Virus record (IMG/VR): IMGVR_UViG_3300025372_000524
Location: 1 to 35,171 of that record
DNA: 35,171 bases
From: a virus
Taxonomy: Duplodnaviria > Caudoviricetes
Direction: 5' to 3' (one strand)
Below the pieces are notes generated by a model, which saw only the letters and a program-made list of their open reading frames with translations, did no database searches and was not told the DNA's origin. Of this stretch, positions 33,463-35,171 are shown piece after piece. How positions within the stretch are numbered: the first letter of the stretch is position 1; each line of letters starts with the position of its first letter. The translations under genes and the position numbers were made by a program.

Positions 33463-34908
33463 TTAGTAGGTTAATTTATGTACGATTTTTTTCTTTGGTA
33501 ATTTTTCTATTTTAATAAACTCATATTTAGGTCTTGGCTTCCAAGCTGTAAGAGTTTCTTCTACAGTATCAATAACATTATCACACATATGTGTAGCTGT
33601 CATCATTGACTCATCGGAAGTAACCCATTCTCTAGCTGCCTGACCTCTCTTAGCTTTTTCTTCTGGTGATAAGCTATAAACTTCTTCGATAGCTTTTGCA
33701 ATATCTCTAAAGTCAGCTCTATCGTCAAAGATGTAAGGAGTAGGTACTGAACCAACAATACTCATATTGCTAGGGAATACTGGGAATGCCCATGAACCGT
33801 GCTTCTTATAAGTTCCAAAGTGATTAGAACAGAAGTTTTCATCAAAGTCAATCCACTTACCATTCTCATCTTCGAATCTCATTTGATCTTGCATACCACC
33901 TGTAACTGTAGCTATTATTGGTTTACCTGCCATCATACCTTCTGTTAAAGATAATCCCCATCCTTCATTAGAAGAAGGTAACGCTACTACATCTGCAGTA
34001 TTGTATAAGATATTCATATCCTGAGTGGAGTTTCTATCTGTAGAGAATACTACTCTTTGATAAGAAGGATCACATATTAAATCTACTACTGCAAATAAAT
34101 CCGTACCATTCTCATCTACTGGTTGTGTATGTAATAATAAAGCACACTTGGCTGCTTTCTCTTTACCAATGCTATCACAGAACTGTGCATACCCTGTAAT
34201 CAAATCAGGAAGACACTTACGTCTGATATTTCTAGCATTATACAATACAACATACTCAGGTTGATTATCACCAAAGAACTTAGTTCTCATAGCTTGTACC
34301 TTTGCATAATCTTCTTTCATATCAGGAGTTATAGGATAGAACATCTTTTCATTAATACCATGAGGAACGTACTTAATAATCTTATCACCAATCTTATCTC
34401 CTAATACCATTCTATTGATATTAGCAGTTTGTTTTGAGATAGCCATTAAAGCATCACAAGACTCATAGTAAGACTTATTGTAAAGTGGAGCTGGCAAATC
34501 ATCCCAGATGTTTAGATAAATCATTGGAATAGTCTTTCTAATTTCATTCTCCATTTGGAATAACCAAATCCAATAGCGTGGATCAGTAAAGAATATAATA
34601 GCATCAGGCTTTTCAATATCAATAAGCTGACGTACTACTTCTGGAGTACCATAACCTGAGCATGGATAGATATAAACGTACGAGTCATCGATACCTGCTA
34701 TTGCATTTGTATCTCCGCACACATCCAACTTCTTTCCTTGTTCTGGATGTTGAATCGCTGCACCTAAGTTTACCCAATTAAATCTATGGGCTGTTCCTAG
34801 TACGATTTCCTTCGCCATTGTTGAGATACCAGATGTGAATCTAATATCATCAGACAAAAGCAGAATCTTTTTTCGATCTTCTCTTTTAATGTAACCTTCT
34901 TTTGGCAT
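33463..34908 (-). CDS. Glycosyltransferase family 4 (GT-B)
   Basis: KILLLSDD, YVPHG, NARNIRRK, SNEGWGLSLTEGM (E-x7-E), KPIIATVTGG. Confidence 0.92.
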   Translation of the reverse strand: MPKEGYIKREDRKKILLLSDDIRFTSGISTMAKEIVLGTAHRFNWVNLGAAIQHPEQGKKLDVCGDTNAIAGIDDSYVYIYPCSGYGTPEVVRQLIDIEKPDAIIFFTDPRYWIWLFQMENEIRKTIPMIYLNIWDDLPAPLYNKSYYESCDALMAISKQTANINRMVLGDKIGDKIIKYVPHGINEKMFYPITPDMKEDYAKVQAMRTKFFGDNQPEYVVLYNARNIRRKCLPDLITGYAQFCDSIGKEKAAKCALLLHTQPVDENGTDLFAVVDLICDPSYQRVVFSTDRNSTQDMNILYNTADVVALPSSNEGWGLSLTEGMMAGKPIIATVTGGMQDQMRFEDENGKWIDFDENFCSNHFGTYKKHGSWAFPVFPSNMSIVGSVPTPYIFDDRADFRDIAKAIEEVYSLSPEEKAKRGQAAREWVTSDESMMTATHMCDNVIDTVEETLTAWKPRPKYEFIKIEKLPKKKIVHKLTY

Positions 34909-34916
34909 AACGTGTT

Positions 34917-35120
34917 TTAGTTTTCTTTTTTGTAATTAGCGTGAAGCTGATTGTTTATTACTTTTTTAAATTCAGGATCAGTCATGTATAAAAACATAGA
35001 TCTTTCTAATAAATTTCTCATAGTGATCTTATTTCTTACAGCTTCTAACTTAAAATCATTAAATAATGTGTCTTGGAGCCTTACAGTTGTAAGAATATCT
35101 CCTTTTTTTCCAATGTGCAT
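34917..35120 (-). CDS. Small ribbon-helix-helix-like protein (putative regulator)
   Basis: LTTVRL strand followed by two helices (DTLFNDFKLEAVRNK; MRNLLERSMFLY). Confidence 0.6.
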   Translation of the reverse strand: MHIGKKGDILTTVRLQDTLFNDFKLEAVRNKITMRNLLERSMFLYMTDPEFKKVINNQLHANYKKEN

Positions 35121-35134
35121 AATATTCTATTTAA

Positions 35135-35145
35135 TAATAAATAGT
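35135..35145 (-). promoter_or_regulatory. Putative late-promoter motif ACTATTTATTA heading the glycan operon
   Basis: 14 nt upstream of ATG 35120. Confidence 0.6.
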
Positions 35146-35171
35146 CGGTTGTATATATAAAAGTTTATACT

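Noticed and set aside
15664-34908. Ordinary bacterial O-antigen/capsule operon
   Set aside because: No wzx, wzy, wzz, wzm/wzt or priming transferase; flanked and interrupted by phage-type hypotheticals and homing endonucleases. Not fully excluded without the rest of the contig
1296-35160. All plus-strand ORFs in the track (60-100 aa)
   Set aside because: Each lies antisense to a well-supported minus-strand gene, has shadow-ORF composition (Ser/Phe/Leu-rich) and no recognisable motif
1-35171. Giant eukaryotic virus (NCLDV) origin, suggested by AT richness and sugar genes
   Set aside because: Overlapping operons with coupled stop/start codons, intrinsic terminators, a lipobox and bacterial-type promoters indicate a bacterial host
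1-35171. Stop-codon reassignment (TAG or TGA recoding)
   Set aside because: Known enzymes are full length under the standard code, coding density is near complete, and TAG/TGA end genes right at neighbouring starts
1-35171. tRNA, rRNA or CRISPR array
   Set aside because: No non-coding gap is long enough once small ORFs are counted; no cloverleaf or regularly spaced repeats seen by eye

Overview
AT-rich, gene-dense segment with essentially every real gene on the minus strand, in tightly overlapping operons with intrinsic terminators. It reads as part of a large (jumbo-type) bacteriophage genome, probably infecting a Bacteroidota host: no Shine-Dalgarno sites seen, AGTTG-N20-TAnnTTTA promoters, a lipobox lipoprotein. 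No hallmark capsid or terminase gene is in the window, so the phage call is an inference. The left ~15 kb holds mostly small hypothetical genes plus a metallophosphoesterase, a 3D-domain protein, a HEXXH protein, a DksA/TraR-like Zn finger, a degenerate HTH-HNH protein, a 694-aa acidic protein, a GIY-YIG endonuclease and a flavodoxin-like protein. The right ~19.5 kb (15664-35120) is one glycan-biosynthesis locus. It has 8 glycosyltransferase genes (GT4 x2, GT2 x2, GT11, a GT2-GT10 fusion, a GT8-like and a divergent GT-B), gmd, fcl, an RfbH/E1-type 3-dehydratase, a GDP-mannose 3,5-epimerase-like gene, rmlB, an rmlD-like gene, a split mini-transketolase, an SDR and a methyltransferase. It has no flippase, polymerase, ABC exporter or membrane-bound priming transferase. 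The best candidate for a new system is this export-less locus, which may build exotic sugars (3,6-dideoxy, branched, L-galacto, O-methyl) on a cytoplasmic acceptor such as the virion. A second promoter-like motif (ACTATTTATT just upstream of ATG) marks a gene set whose products carry propeptide-like or capsid-targeting-like motifs.
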